A stretch of 64,000 bases of DNA. Origin: Octopus vulgaris (lineage: Eukaryota). Below the pieces are notes generated by a model. That model did no database searches. It was not told where the DNA came from and saw only the letters and a list, made by a program, of their open reading frames with translations. The stretch is taken from positions 131,998,001 through 132,062,000 of the forward strand of contig OX597818.1 of NCBI GenBank assembly GCA_951406725.2. The letters are read 5' to 3'. The translations under genes were made by a program, and so were the position numbers. Shown piece after piece: positions 16,454 to 32,352 of this stretch (position 1 is the stretch's first letter; each line of letters starts with the position of its first letter).

Positions 16454-16768
16454 TCCAGGTGGATATCTTTGTCTTGACGAAATAGATAAAACCGTCACTT
16501 CCGAATTTTATTTTTTCATTCATTTACCTCTCACCCATCCCATCCCATACATACATACATGCATACACGCCACCGACGCACGTTCAATTCTTCATTAAAT
16601 CGTTTCACGGGCACGGGTGGGTTGTTGTGTTGTGTTGATTGTTGTTACTGTTGTTGTTGCCGCTACTGCTGTTTCTTCTTCGGTTGGTTTTGAGTTTAGA
16701 ATTTCGGTTTCGGCATGTTTTTGTTGTATAATTTTTATTACTGCTGCTGCTGTAGCTCTTATTGTAGC

Positions 16769-16825
<57 letters not shown>

Positions 16826-16977
16826 TGTTGTTGTTGTTGTTGTTGCTGCTGCTGCCGCCACAACAGCTAAACATCCTTTCCCCGTTCTCCGCCTTCATCT
16901 ATAATCGATTATTACGACATCTCTCTCTCTCTCTATATATATATATACCGCTCAATGAAACAACTGTAGAAATTTAC

Positions 16978-17452
16978 AGCAGCAGCAGCAGCAGTAGACA
17001 CCACTACCACCACCACCACCACCACTATCATCACTACCATCGTCACTACCATCGTCAACACCACCGCCCCCGACAGCGGCGTCACATTCAACAAACAAAA
17101 ACAGCAGCAGCAGCAGTAGACACCGCCACCACCACCACCACCACCACCACCACCACCACCACCACCATCATCATCATCACTACCATCGTCACATTCAACA
17201 AACAAAAACAGCAGCAGCAGCAGCAGACACCACCACCACCGCTGCCACCACCACCACCATTATCACTACCATCGTCACCACCGCCCCCGACAGCGTCACA
17301 TTCAACAATCAAAAACAGCAGCAGCAGCAGTAGACACCACCACCACCGCCACCACCATCATCACTACCATCGTCAGCACCACCAACCGCCCCCGACACCG
17401 GCGTCACATTCAACAAACAATCAAAAACAGCAGCAGCAGCAGCAGCAGCAGC
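16978..17452. repeat. Compound minisatellite, ~4 units of ~105-125 bp
   Basis: Unit (CAG)n-(T)AGACAC-(CAC)n-CATCACTACCATCGTC...GCGTCACATTCAACAAACAAAAA recurs near 16978, 17101, 17208 and 17315. Confidence 0.85.
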
Positions 17453-17919
17453 AAACGAGTCAACGAGTCAACAAGGGGAGACTCTTCTCTTACTCGTTAA
17501 AAATAGCAAGACACATCATCATCGCCCAACCCCCTAAAAAAAAAAAAATCACCCCCTCCCCCACCCCCGCCCACGACTGTCTTAAAAATCAAAAGGAAAG
17601 GAAGAGCTCGGGGATGATAAAAGTTAATTCGTCCTAGATACGCAATGGTCATGGCTAGAACGCCGTTGGACCACTTGTCCGTTTAAGAACACAGCTTACT
17701 TACTTACCTGGGGCTATTTTAATATAATAAGCAAACAACAGGAAAATAGCAGTTAACAGAATCAATCAAACAACATCGATCGTCATCATCATCATCATCA
17801 TTACTGTTATCATTGATAGTAATGTCGCGACCCCTTAAACCGTTAGCACTTATCCTACTTTGATTCATTATTTATCTCTCCTGGGCCTTGTTTTAATTTC
17901 TTTGAAAGCAAACTATACT

Positions 17920-18302
17920 CTCTTTTATTCTTTTACTTGTTTTTACAGTCATTTGACTGCGGCCATGCTGGAGCACCGCCTTTTTAGTCGAGCAAAATCG
18001 ACCGACCCCGGGGGGACTTATTCTTTTTTGTAAGCCCAGTACTACTTATTCTATCGGTTCTCTTTTTGCCGAACCGCTAAGTGACGGGGACGTAAACACA
18101 CACCAGCATCGGTTGTCATGCAATGCTAGGGGGACAAACACACACACACATATATATACATATATACGACAGGCTTCTTTCAGTTTCCGTCTACCAAATC
18201 CACTCACAAGGCATTGGTCGGCCCGAGGCTATAGCATAGCAGAAGACACTTTGCCCAAGATGCCACGCAGTGGGACTGAACCCGGAACCATGTGGTTGGT
18301 TA
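17920..18302 (-). mobile_element. Family B SINE, lacking the extreme 5' end
   Basis: Reverse complement of the 3243-3638 element with small insertions. Confidence 0.9.
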
Positions 18303-18721
18303 GCGAAAAGCATCAAATAGTTCAAATAAAAGAAAAGAAAAAGAACGAAGAGAGAATATATTTAGAAGTCCTGTTATGTCAACTTCGACTTTCATCCGTT
18401 CTATCGATGGTCAGTGAAATATAATACAAGGAATATCCTGGAATCGATTAAATCGACTTGCACTCTCCCAGATATCTGCGGACTTCGTATGAAATCGTTT
18501 TAGCCCCAGGTCATCAGTCCTGTTCGAGTAGACCGGCGACCAAATGCAAACGTCATGATTAATCCTGTCAGTTTGCTTCCGTGTCCGGGCGAACGACCAA
18601 ATACAAGTTTCCTTACTGATTCAGACTCTCTTATAGTCGTTGAGTAACCCTAAATCAACCTTCAGCAGTGACCTATACCACCTGGTTTTTACTATGTGGA
18701 GTGAAGTCAAGGACCACTTTA

Positions 18722-19160
18722 CCCAATGTGTTTGCTTCTAAGGCGATGGAATAATGATGATGATTTGAGAGCGATTTGGCTGCTATTTCTAGTAGGTCGA
18801 GGCTCTCGTTTACTCGGATTTAGTAATGGGGCTCCTCCTTATTAGCAGAAATGGAAGATGACTTTACGCTATTTAGTTACACTCAATGTGTTCGCTTCTA
18901 AGGCAATAATAGAGAAGTAGTGATGATTTGAGGGCGATTTGGCTGCTATTTCTAGTAGGTCGAGGCTCTCGTTTACTCGGATTTAGTAATGGGGCTCCTC
19001 CTTATTAGCACACACTCAATGTGTTCGCTTCTAAGGCAATAGAGAAGTAGTGATGATTTAAGGGCGATTTTGCTGCTATTTCTAGTAGGTCGAGGCTCTC
19101 GTTTGCTCGGACCTTTTAGTGGAGCTCCCTTATTATTTAGCAGAAATGGGAGACGGCTTT
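18722..19160. repeat. Three tandem copies of a ~130-160 bp unit containing an old interspersed repeat motif
   Basis: CAATGTGTT(C/T)GCTTCTAAGGC...GCGATTTGGCTGCTATTTCTAGTAGGTCGAGGCTCTCGTTT recurs near 18722, 18882 and 19015; the GATTTGGCTGCTATTTCTAG motif also appears degenerate near 19665, 20760, 46720 and 63335. Confidence 0.85.
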
Positions 19161-19766
19161 ACGGTATTTAGTAAAATACCTCTTCTCTTTCTACGTTCAT
19201 TAGAAACCGAATGGTGTGATAATAATAAGCAGCAGTCCAGTACCGAGTTTCGTTTTATTTCGCAACACCTCTTTCGAAAACGCGTGAAGCCCTGTGCTAA
19301 ATCTGAGAAATAATTATTGTTGCTTAATTCCAGCTCGGCCTTGAATGAGCAACTCCTTGATCAAACGCATTCCAGACTTGACCATCCTGTTTTTATATAT
19401 ATATCTCAGGATTCTACATACATTTTCAATGGGTCTTCCCCACACGCCGCTGAAAGAGAGACATTAGGGTATGATTTGAAATTTGATTGCTATTTGTAGC
19501 AGGTCGAGCGAAGTGGCCACTTTGGTTCGTTATTCGTTGTTGGTGTTGTTTTTAACCTCAGGCCAGCATGAGCAATCAAACCTGTTCTCCTGGGGGGTAT
19601 CTAAGACTATATTATCTAATGTGCTCCCTCGTTTTACCGGACTGTAGGAGTTACTTTGAGGGAAATTTGGCTGCTATTTTTAGCAGATTGAGCGATCATC
19701 ATACAAAGCGGCCTCGTTGGCAGAGTAGGCACAGTGCTGGACAAAATGCCCTGTGATGTGCACGTC

Positions 19767-19954
19767 TTTCGTGTTCCATAGGAACTGATTTCATCTCATC
19801 CATCCAGGGTCGACACTCTGTAATATATATAATCTTTTCGTGTTCTATAGGAACTGATTTCATCTCATCCATCCAGGGTCGACACTCTGTAATATATATA
19901 ATCTTTTCGTGTTCTATAGGAACTGATTTTATCTCGTCCATCCAGGGTCGACAA
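19767..19954. repeat. 69-bp tandem repeat, ~2.7 copies
   Basis: TTTCGTGTTC(C/T)ATAGGAACTGATTT...CAGGGTCGACA at 69-bp spacing (the G of TTTCG at 19771, 19840, 19909). Confidence 0.93.
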
Positions 19955-20876
19955 ATTAAGCAATCTGTAATACATATTAAACCTCGATGGGATCGACTGG
20001 TATCTCCTTCACTGAAGTCGAAAATATATAATTATTTGCTGGACCTTGTTCTGAGTTCAAATCTCACTGGAGTTGACTTTGTTTTCTTCACCCACCACTT
20101 TGCTGTCCGGGGGGTTGATAAAATAAGCATCAGACACATGTATAACTGGACATCGATTTAATCGACTGTATCCCCCCCCACCAAGCCTTACAAATTCGTG
20201 GTCACCCGAGAGAAATCATTATTATTTAACTGTGTGTTGGCAGAAATAGTCGTGAGTGGAAGTAAATGCAATTACAGCAGTTAGTTTTCGTTCATCAGCG
20301 ATCAGTGGTTCAAATCCCGCTGGGGTATCATCAGTTATATAAGAATACGGGTAAATAAATTGGCATTGATTCAAATTCTCTGTGCGCCTGCCGCCTCTCC
20401 TTTCAAAACCCGTGTCCCTTTTGGAAATGTAAGAAACTATCAACACCATCATCCTCATCATTACGATTATCAGGATCATTAATATTATCATCATTGTTAA
20501 CCATCATGCTATATAAATCACTGGACGTTGCTGATGAGTCATTTTTGTTTTTCCCAACTCCTTCTTCTCTTCTTCGTTAATTAAATTTCTACTATTCGAT
20601 ATATTAAGAGTTGTTACCTGACCACCATCCACCACCACCACCGCCGCCGCCGCCGCCGCCGCCGATGCTGCCATTTAAACTCCAACATTAACAGCAACAA
20701 CAACGCTATTATTATTATTATGCACTGGGGGAAGAAGGAGGCTTTATTTGGGAGAGCTCGAAATAGCAGCCAGATCTCCCTCAAATCACACACACATTTC
20801 CCCCCCCCCCCGCTTTTAAGTCAGTCAAGGAATGATGATGATACGTTGGGGTTATGTTGTAGTCGATAAATTGCAA

Positions 20877-20908
<32 letters not shown>

Positions 20909-22440
20909 TACCAAAAAGAAAAACAAAAACAAAACAAAAAAAAAATTTGAATGGTGTGTGATGTGGTGTGGTGGTCACGGATAGAATTATCTTGGTTCTT
21001 TTACATCTACGTCAGGACATATTCTGGGGGCTGAAACAGCAAAGAGCGAGCGAGCGATCGACAGTCCCGCGATTACTTTCTGTGTATGTCTGTTCAAACT
21101 AGGTTTTCTGCTTCTTCGTATTTTGTGTTTCCCCCCTCCTTTGTCACTAAAGTCTTCTACCGCTCCTTCCTTACCATCTCCTACATCATATATATACCTC
21201 CTCCTCAGCCTCTCTCTCTCTCTCTCTCTCTCTCTGCATATATATTATTCGTATGTATGTATATTCATAACTCCCTCTTTCTCTCTCTCTCTCGCACTTA
21301 CTTTACCTTCCACTGCCTCCTGCTTCCGCCTTCCTCGTTCATCATCCTCTTATCTACCTCCTAATTCTTTTTCTCCTTCTCTCTCTTACTCTCTCTCTTA
21401 CTCTCTCTCCCTCTATTACTTTTCCTTCCAACTCCTTCCGCCTCTTTACGCCGCACCGACCTCCTCCTCCTCAACCTCAACCTCAATCTCCTCCGCCTCC
21501 TTCTTACCTGCTTTTTTTTTTTCCACAACAACATCCTCTGTCTCCACCCTCTTTCTTTACCTTATACTTTTCTTCTACCATCTATTTACCTACCACCACA
21601 TATACATCCATCCAATCTATATGTATCTATCAAATCATCCATCCTTCCAATATATACATCCCAATACCGTCTCACAACTTAAATACACCCACTAGTCAAT
21701 TCAAACTCAACTCAATCGAATCATCTCTTCCCCACTCTCTCTCTCTTTTTCCTTCTCTCTCTCTCTGTCTCTCTCTCTGTCTCTTTATTTCTCCCCGTCT
21801 CCGGGTTTTCGCATCTACATCTCTTTCTCACTTATACGTATTTTCCAACTCTTCGTTTCGTTTCTTCTCTGCTCTCTTTTATTTATTCACTGATTGTACT
21901 TCAACCGAATGACTACAACAGACTGGATGGATATCTAAAACTCTTAGGGAATTTCATATCTCTAGCATGTCGCCGTCGTCGTCATCGTCGTCACAACGCA
22001 CACACTGGACCTTCCTTTGACTTACTAACATCTATTATTTCCCCCAAGATATTTTTTTAAAAAAATTTATCATTTATTTATTTACCAATAATTTATTTTA
22101 TTTATTTATATACATACATATATACCCCACCTTTTACTCGGGCCGTATACGACAGACTTGCATCGGTGTGTATATAAGCATTATATATATATATATAAAC
22201 ATATATATATATATATGCATACACACACATGTATCTCTATATCTATACACACATGCAATTTATCATAGGCAGATAAGGTATCATATCTATTTATATCATT
22301 TATATCTTATATCTGTAACTCTGTAAATATTTTGTGTCCGTCTGTCTTATATATATATATATATAACTTTGTCACATATATATATTCGTAGGTAGCTATG
22401 TATGCATAATGTAATATGTGTTATACATGTAACTATGCAA

Positions 22441-22483
<43 letters not shown>

Positions 22484-23091
22484 TATATATATATACATAT
22501 ATTTTTTTATATAAGTATACACACACACACACACACATACTTACACACACACACGCATACTTACACACACGACTCATACATACACACAAATGCGCGCGTA
22601 CACACGCACACACACACACACACACATAATCTTTACTTGTATTACTTATATCTGCGAAAGAAATAAGAAAATGCAAGCGTAAGAAACGAAAAATAAACAA
22701 ACAAAACTAACAAAAAAACAACAAACAAAAACAAGAACCAAAAACAAACAAATCAATAAAATATAAAAAGGAAAAAAAAAAGCTTTCATTGAAAACAATA
22801 ACAACAACAATAACAACAACAATAACATCAGCTCAGTGAGAGATCGTCGTCTTTTATACATTGTTGATTATTTTTTTTCCTAACATTTTTTTTTCTTTGT
22901 TTTGTTTTGTTTTCTTCTTTATTTTTTTTATTGTATTTTTCCCCTCTCCTTTTCTCTCTTATCGTCTGTCTGTCTGTCTAGTCTTTCCGTTATTCTCCTT
23001 TCTTCGGATATATGCAAAAAAAAAGAAAGAAAAAAAAAAACAACAAAAAAACAAACAAAAAATCGCAGAACAAATATACATATACATATAT

Positions 23092-23139
<48 letters not shown>

Positions 23140-23887
23140 TGTTAAAAAAAAAAAAAAAAACACACAATGAAACAAAACACAAAACAACCCCTCAGACTGC
23201 CTGAGGTAAAATGTTTGATTTGGTGTCTGTAAACGAGCAAAGGGGATTGAATGTGCGGTGCCCACTTAACACTCATTCGCCGTATTCTTCACTGTTTAAC
23301 ATTTTACTCAATCATTCCCTCCCTCCCTCCTTCGCTATATCACAGTCCTCCCCCCTCTTTTTTCCATCCCGTCCACCTAATTCTTTTTCTACCTCTTCCA
23401 CTCCACACTGCTTTCTCTTTCTCTCTCTCTCTCCTCCCTCTTTTACTTTCACTTTCACTTTTGCTTTCTTTGTTTTGTTTTTTTTTCTCTCTCACTCACA
23501 CAAATGTTACATAAACACACGAAAACGTAACATTACACGTACACACAAACACACACACACACACACAACCATCGTTTAATTTTCTTTTGTTTTTTCTTTT
23601 TTTTTCTTGTTTTTCTTTCTGTTTTTTTCTTACGTTCATCCCCCACAGTTTTTTTTCCCATATTAAGAAACAGGACGGAAGATAAAGTTTATTTTTTTGT
23701 TTTGTGGTTTGTTGTCCACGGTCGGGGCACTCGCTTACTATCAGCACGCTCGATCTTACGCACACACGCACGCACACACACACACACACACAAACGAGCT
23801 CCAATTCTTTTTTTCTTTTTATCCACTGTGACATACAACACACGAGCACAGTCCCGTCAACATAGAAGACACATTCACTTGTATATA

Positions 23888-23997
<110 letters not shown>

Positions 23998-24011
23998 CAT
24001 ATATGTATGCG

Positions 24012-24044
<33 letters not shown>

Positions 24045-24297
24045 GTAAGGGGCGGTGCCATATGTCAAGTTTTGTGTCACGGTTTCGATTCCCACGGGAT
24101 TGAATCTGCGCTTGCGTTTCACTATGTTTGTGCCCTTGAGAAAGGTTTGAACAATCTCTAACAATTGGTTACCAATGTATCGCAAAAATCTAACACATCA
24201 TATCTATGGCGTATACATACGACTGTACACATACACACACCCCACCGTGTGTGTGTATATATATATATTTATATATATATATATATATTTATATATA

Positions 24298-24347
<50 letters not shown>

Positions 24348-24857
24348 TGTGATTATTATACATGCATTCATTTATTAGTGCATGGTTGCATCTTGGTGCA
24401 GGCATAAACTATAGTTTTCTGTGCATGTGTGTGATTCTGAATGCGGACGGATTAAGCACATCATTTTCCTTTCATGTTTCTTCCCTTCTTCATCCCATTC
24501 TTGAGACTTCTTTTACTAGTTATGCATGCGAACATGAATGTATGTACGTACGTACGTATGTGTATGTACGTACGTACGTATGAAGATAGTTTTATATTTA
24601 TGTGTGAATATGTGTGCGTATATATGTATGTACGTACACACGCGTGTGTGTAATTAATATTGTACATTATATAAATGCATATGTGTGTGTGTAATGGTGT
24701 AATGCATGTTATATAATATATATGCTGTACACACACATGTACGTATGTACATATATATATACACATATATATATAATATATATATATATATACATATAAT
24801 ATATATATACATATATATATACATATATATATATACAATATATATACATATATATAT

Positions 24858-24893
<36 letters not shown>

Positions 24894-25173
24894 CATACAA
24901 TATATATGTATATATATATATATATACACTTTTCTTACTCAACTGCTGGAGGCGATCAACTCGATCAACTTTTGTATATTTTTACTTCCGCCACATCCTT
25001 CCTCTACAAGATTTAATGGAAAATATTCATGTGCATGCATGTAAGTTATTGCATCCATGTTTGCTTACATAGACACACACACATATATATACGCACACGC
25101 ATACATATCTATATATTTAAACACACACACACACACACATGCACATATATATACATACACACGTACGTGTATG

Positions 25174-25205
<32 letters not shown>

Positions 25206-25449
25206 ATGCGAATATATGTATAAATTTATACACACATCCAAATATATATGTACACACACACACACATATATATATATATATGTGTGTGGATAAAGGTGGT
25301 GCTCCAGCATGGCCGCAGTCAAATGACTGAAACAAGTAAAAAAAAAAATAATAAAATAAAATAAAATAAAAATACATGCAGACACACACAAATATATAAG
25401 TGAGCATACATATATATATATATATAGATATATATATATATATACATGC

Positions 25450-25499
<50 letters not shown>

Positions 25500-25962
25500 T
25501 GTGTGTAAATAATTAATTGTAAAAACTTCTAATTTTATATACAGATGAATTTCCTTATTTACATTGTTTTATATATATTTCATACTTGTACATCAAATAA
25601 ATATGCTTATATCTTGAAACAGTTTATTTTTTTCATAGGATAATGTAATTAGCTAAATTATTTTGTATGAATGGAAATATCTGTTCCTTTTTGTCTCTTT
25701 TCAAAGTTTCGGCTTTATCAAATGAATTTTCTATTATATAAAATTTGTGGTGAACGCAGTTTGCATAAGTTGTGTGTGTAATCTATGCAAAAATATATGT
25801 ATGTAGTCATAATATCTTTATCTGCTTTCTGTACCCTTAAACACACACATACAAAACCATTATTAGTGTGTGTGTATGATACATAAACACACATATATTC
25901 ACACACACATGCACCGACATACACAAACATGAGAATATACCTGTTTATCTATATGAAGTACA

Positions 25963-26041
<79 letters not shown>

Positions 26042-26184
26042 GTACAATATACATATAAATATGTGTGTGGATAAATGCATGATTTTTAATGTTCTTGCTT
26101 ATGGCATTATCATGATTTTATCTATTTCTTATATTACTGTAGAAAATGATAAACAATCATACATACATGTATACATACCATACA

Positions 26185-26289
<105 letters not shown>

Positions 26290-26443
26290 TCAAAAATATG
26301 TGTAAATGTATATTTTATGCAAATACATTTTATGCCTATTAATCTTTCTGTCTATAGATATTTAAATTTGAAGATTTGTTTCTCTGAATCACTCATTTCA
26401 TCCTGTAATATAATGTTCATTCATGTAAACTATACACAAGAAT

Positions 26444-26494
<51 letters not shown>

Positions 26495-27027
26495 TGTGTA
26501 CTTGAGTGAGGATGTGTGTATAACACTTGTAGTCTATATACGTATATACATACACAGACACATACATGTATGTGATATTTATGTTTACAGAGAGATATAT
26601 GTGTCAATATCTATTCATCTATGATCTAGCCATCTCTCATTATAATACATATATAATGATATTTATATGTTTTAGACAGATATATATGTAAATATGTATT
26701 GATCTATGATCTACCCATTTTTCATATATATATATATATATAAATATAAATTATATATAAATTAAAATACACACACATATATAGTCTGTGTAACATATAT
26801 AAATATAATATAGTTATTATATATATATATATATATATCTGTATATATATAATTATAATTATATATAATATCTATGTAACATATATATGACATTATATAA
26901 AATAAATATATATAAATCTAATATATATTCATACAAACATGTAAATCATCATTGTGCACATGTGTATCTTTGTATATATATATATGTATATATATATATA
27001 TACATGCACAAATTTAGATGTGTATAC

Positions 27028-27082
<55 letters not shown>

Positions 27083-27451
27083 AACATTTTTTATGTATAT
27101 ATGTGTTAATCTATTTTTATAACGGTATGCTTCTTTCGTTAACATACATCTCTCCATGCCAGCAGAAGTTAGGCTGCAATTTATTTGTGGCAGAATTTTA
27201 CAGGCCGATGCTCATCCTGTTAAAAATTCTTACCTGTTTCCAAGCACCATACATATACATGTGTATATATACATAATGTGCACACACATATATAAGATGT
27301 ATGCACATACCCACTAACATGTCACAAATGCACAAATATTTATACAATCATTCGTATATGTATACATCTTTATATACCTACACTCACACACATATGTATA
27401 TATGTATGTGGTTATATATATATATGCTATACATAGATACATACAATATAC

Positions 27452-27485
<34 letters not shown>

Positions 27486-27654
27486 ATGATATATATACAT
27501 ACATATGATATATATATATCCTTGGAAGAAGAAGTCTGAAATTGCAAAGATGATCTGAAACTCGACTAAGGAGAGAAAGCTCCGAATGACCCGTCCTACT
27601 TTTTTTTTTATTCCTTTTCATATGATATATATATATATATAATTTTATATACAT

Positions 27655-28185
27655 ATATATGCCTTTATATCATTTTATATCCATATATATATGTGTTTAT
27701 ATCATTTTATATACATATATATATGTATATCATTTCATATACAGATGTGTGTATCATTTTATATATATATATGTATATTATTTTATATACATATATATGT
27801 ATATATCATTATATATACATATATATCATTTTATATACATGCATATATCGTCTTATATGCATATATATATGTATATATCATTTTATATACATGCATATAT
27901 CATCTTATATGCATATATATTATATAATCTCATATGCATATATATATGTGTATATGTGTATATCATTTTATATACATATGTATGTATATCATTTTATCTA
28001 TATATGTATCTATACATGTATATCATTTAATATATATATATATATATATGCATATCAGTTAATATATATGTATGTATATATATATACACACACATATTTA
28101 TACATATATATACACACACACATATATATATACATATACACACACATACACACATATATATATCATTTAATATACATATATATGC
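27655..28185. repeat. Degenerate AT-rich minisatellite (TATCATTTTATATACAT-type unit)
   Basis: TATCATTTTATAT recurs many times at ~22-30 bp spacing within TA-rich sequence. Confidence 0.7.
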
Positions 28186-28310
28186 TTGCATATAGGTCAG
28201 ACAAAATCCATTGAGTCAGATGTTCTACAGCTATTTGCCCTTCCTGTTTTTAACCCTCAATTGTCAACAGCAAAGGCATCCCACCATAGAGATTATGTCT
28301 TAACAAAACA

Positions 28311-28348
<38 letters not shown>

Positions 28349-30163
28349 CACATATATGCACATACACACACACATGCAAAATTGTATACACATATGACCC
28401 ACGAAGCACACTTATTTACATTCTCCTGTATAAATACACACACACACACGCATATATAAATTTGTATATATGTCCTCCTATGAGTGCATACATACATATA
28501 GATATTTATACATAAATAAGTATATATATATATATATGTGTGTGTATATATATATATATATACACACACACATAATATAAATGTATACATACACACACAT
28601 ACACGTGTATATATATATAATTTCATACAACTTAGGACAAATTTACTCATTCTTATAAACGCATACATTCATATATGGGTGTGTGTGTGCGTGTGTCGAC
28701 CTATGAATATATAAAGTATACATATTGTGTATATATATATATATGCATGTATGTATGAATTTGTGCATGAATTTATATATTATTCATATGTTAGAAGCAT
28801 TTGAAATAGTTCCCTTTCATATTTAAGCTGTTATATTAATGAACATGCAAGTTCAACATACTCTCTGACTGATCATCAGGAGTAAGCATATACATCAATT
28901 TGTGAAACCTATACTAGAAGCTTTATTTTGATAAGAAATACAATAACTTTAAGTGGATGCTTTTAAGGATCATGATTGAACTAAAGTTTACTAGTTTGAT
29001 CAATGGTCAGTCATAGTATGTCTAGTAGATGGCACTTCAATTTGTTTTTCTTCTGTTTTTATGAGGAACACAATATTTGCATATAAGAGAAGAACATTTG
29101 TATAATATTTGTTTTATTTCAACAAAGGCACAACATTTAATCCTGTTCTTCTATGTATGGCTTCACACCATCTAGAATTAGTCTTAAAAAATTGCCTTTT
29201 AAACACTTCCATAGTAGTTTAATGTCATTAGAATTGCTTGTACTAGGGCAATGTTATTAAAAAGGCTTCATAGATGTTATTGCTTCATCTAAGTAGGATG
29301 GATATTCCCACAGCATTATGAAAAGCAATACACAGGGTAATTCCTGATGCATATCTATTTCATGCCATTCCTCCGTCTGTCTTTATCTCTCCTTATGCAC
29401 AACATACACATGCACATACATGTAGCAAAACACACACAAACTCATACTCACACACATGTTCACCGACAGAAACATGAATTTCTATATGCATTTGTGTGCA
29501 TAGATAATCACACATGAAATCTAAAACTTGCTCGTGGATATCAAATATATACATGTGTATATAATATCTCTTTTTATGTTTACTGTAGTTTAAGATAAAT
29601 AAAACAAGAGTAAAATTATATAGTTAAATATAATGGAATTTTTCTTTAAATGAGATATTTCCTGTCATAACGATTTTACATAACCACAGGAGGATGCTAA
29701 TGTAGGTTTAAAGCCTTTTTTGTTGCTTTTTTGTGCTACACCAACATTCATAATTTAAATTATATGAAAATTTGTAACATGGGTATCTCTCTTTCACCCT
29801 CACACACACATACACACACAGAGGCAAGGGAGCTACATGGGCCCTTATAAACATGTATGAAATCTTAATTTCAAAAAATGAAATTATTTGTGTGCATGTA
29901 TATATGTATGCATGAATATATGTATATGTGCATGGATATTTGTAACATGTATATGTGCATGTTATATTGATATATATATATGAAAATAAGGCCACAACAT
30001 CTGCATTGGAAGGGAAATATATGTATGACTCCATCCTGTATGGCCGAAATCCTGTAGACATGAATCTCTGTATGTCTAAGTCATCAGGTCTTTTGGAATT
30101 CCAAGGCATCCGACATGTTTGATGTACATTAAAGTAACTTCATGTATCAATGGACTATGTCAA

Positions 30164-30199
<36 letters not shown>

Positions 30200-30381
30200 A
30201 TCATTATGTGTGTGTATATATCATTCTATTTATATATATATTGGTGCTCCAGCATGGCCACAGCTTGTGAGCTGAAACTAGAATCAATCATATATATAGA
30301 TATAGACAAATATATATATATATATAGCTAGATAGATATAGACAAATATATATATATATATATAGCTAGATATAGACATAG

Positions 30382-30435
<54 letters not shown>

Positions 30436-31707
30436 TACATATATGTCTGCACACAAACACATACATACATATATGTGAATGTATGTATATGCATACATAA
30501 ATGCATGTATATCATCATTATAATTACACAGTTTGTTGAGGCAGATTTTTTTTTTTTAAACCTGGGTGTCGTTCCTAGGAACAACCTACTCGTGTTTCCA
30601 AGCAGGGGTAATATTTCTCCATAGCTGGACCTGTTGTCAAGAAAGGACGCCGCCTGTATAAAACAGTGACGTGTGTTTATTATTAACTCATGATATCGAT
30701 AAAAGGCGACTCAAACGCACACACAGACACATGCACATTGCATGTGTGCACATGTGTGTATTTGCGCGAATGCATATAAGCATTCCAACAACTGCAAAAT
30801 CTTCATCATCATCATCATTGCTTGTTTGAATGTCCACTTTTCCGTGTTTTCATGAGTTGGATGGATTTTGTTGAGGCGGATTTTCTTCGGCTCGATACCC
30901 TTCATGGCACCGACCCTCACCTGTTTCCAAGTAAGGTAATATTTCTGGATAACAAGACATGTTTCCAAGGAAGATTGGAATCATGGTCACCCTGTGCATG
31001 ATGGTGACAATCATTTATTACCATCATGCGATGTCAAGGCAAGGAGACAGTAACATGTATACACACACACTCACACACACACATTCAATTTTTGTCTGCC
31101 AAATACACTCACAAGTGTTCGGTTGACCTAGGGTTGTAGTAGAAGACACTTGGCCAAAGTGCCATGCAGTGGGACTGAACCTGGAACCATGTGGTTGGGA
31201 AGTAAACAGCCACACTTGTGCATATGATGATTTTGATTTGATTTTTCCAGTTTCAGCTCATGAGCTGTGGCCATGCTGGGGCACCGCCATTTCATATATA
31301 TATATATATTAATATATATATATGTGTACACTTATATATATGTAACATGCATGTATGTCTTTTGATATACATATGCACACACACACATATATATATATAT
31401 GCATAGGCATATCCATCTACATTATATGTATATATTATCTTGTTCATCAGCATCATTGATGATATCTTAAGAGCTCTTTTCCCTTCCAGGTATATGTCCA
31501 AAAGATTGGTTTGATTGCTCTACCTCCGTTTTATATTCTCTCCTTGCATGGATTATTTATCTGTCTTAGCTGCCTCACATCACATTTCTGCCTACAGTGG
31601 CCACCAGTCACCTCCGAGCAGGTGATTAGTGATAATTGATGTGCGTGCATGTACAAGTGTGTGTTCTCAGCTTTCTGACTGTTTATCTGTCTCTTTGATG
31701 CTCTCTT

Positions 31708-31743
<36 letters not shown>

Positions 31744-31923
31744 AGTACGTCAGTCTACATACATATTTACACACACATACAAAGAAATATACAGACAAAA
31801 CCACACACTCATACACATATGCATGTGCGTGTAGAGCTATCTCCATATATTATATTATATATATATATGGGGATAGGTCTACACACACACACATGCATGT
31901 ATATAAATATGTATATCTATCTG

Positions 31924-31980
<57 letters not shown>

Positions 31981-32190
31981 TTATCCATCTATCATTTATC
32001 AATCTATCTATCAATCTATATACACACATATGTTTGCATAGACATGTTTATAAAAATTTGTTTGGATAAACATATACATACACATATATATATAAATTTT
32101 TATAAACAGATCTGTATATATACATATATACCCCTATGGACATATATGTGTATTTATATATATATATAAATCGATATATGTACATATATA

Positions 32191-32230
<40 letters not shown>

Positions 32231-32321
32231 CATATATACACACACATATGTATGTGTATATGTATTTTCTGACATGTATATATATATATATATATACACA
32301 CATACATATATATATATATAA

Positions 32322-32352
<31 letters not shown>

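Noticed and set aside
19699-19941. ORF with a 23-aa repeat; CRISPR-like appearance of short tandem arrays
   Set aside because: A simple 69-bp tandem duplication with no variable spacers, no cas genes and a eukaryotic context.
20280-20302. Minus-strand CTGATGA-AC-GAAA hammerhead-like core
   Set aside because: No room for stem II and no flanking stems I or III.
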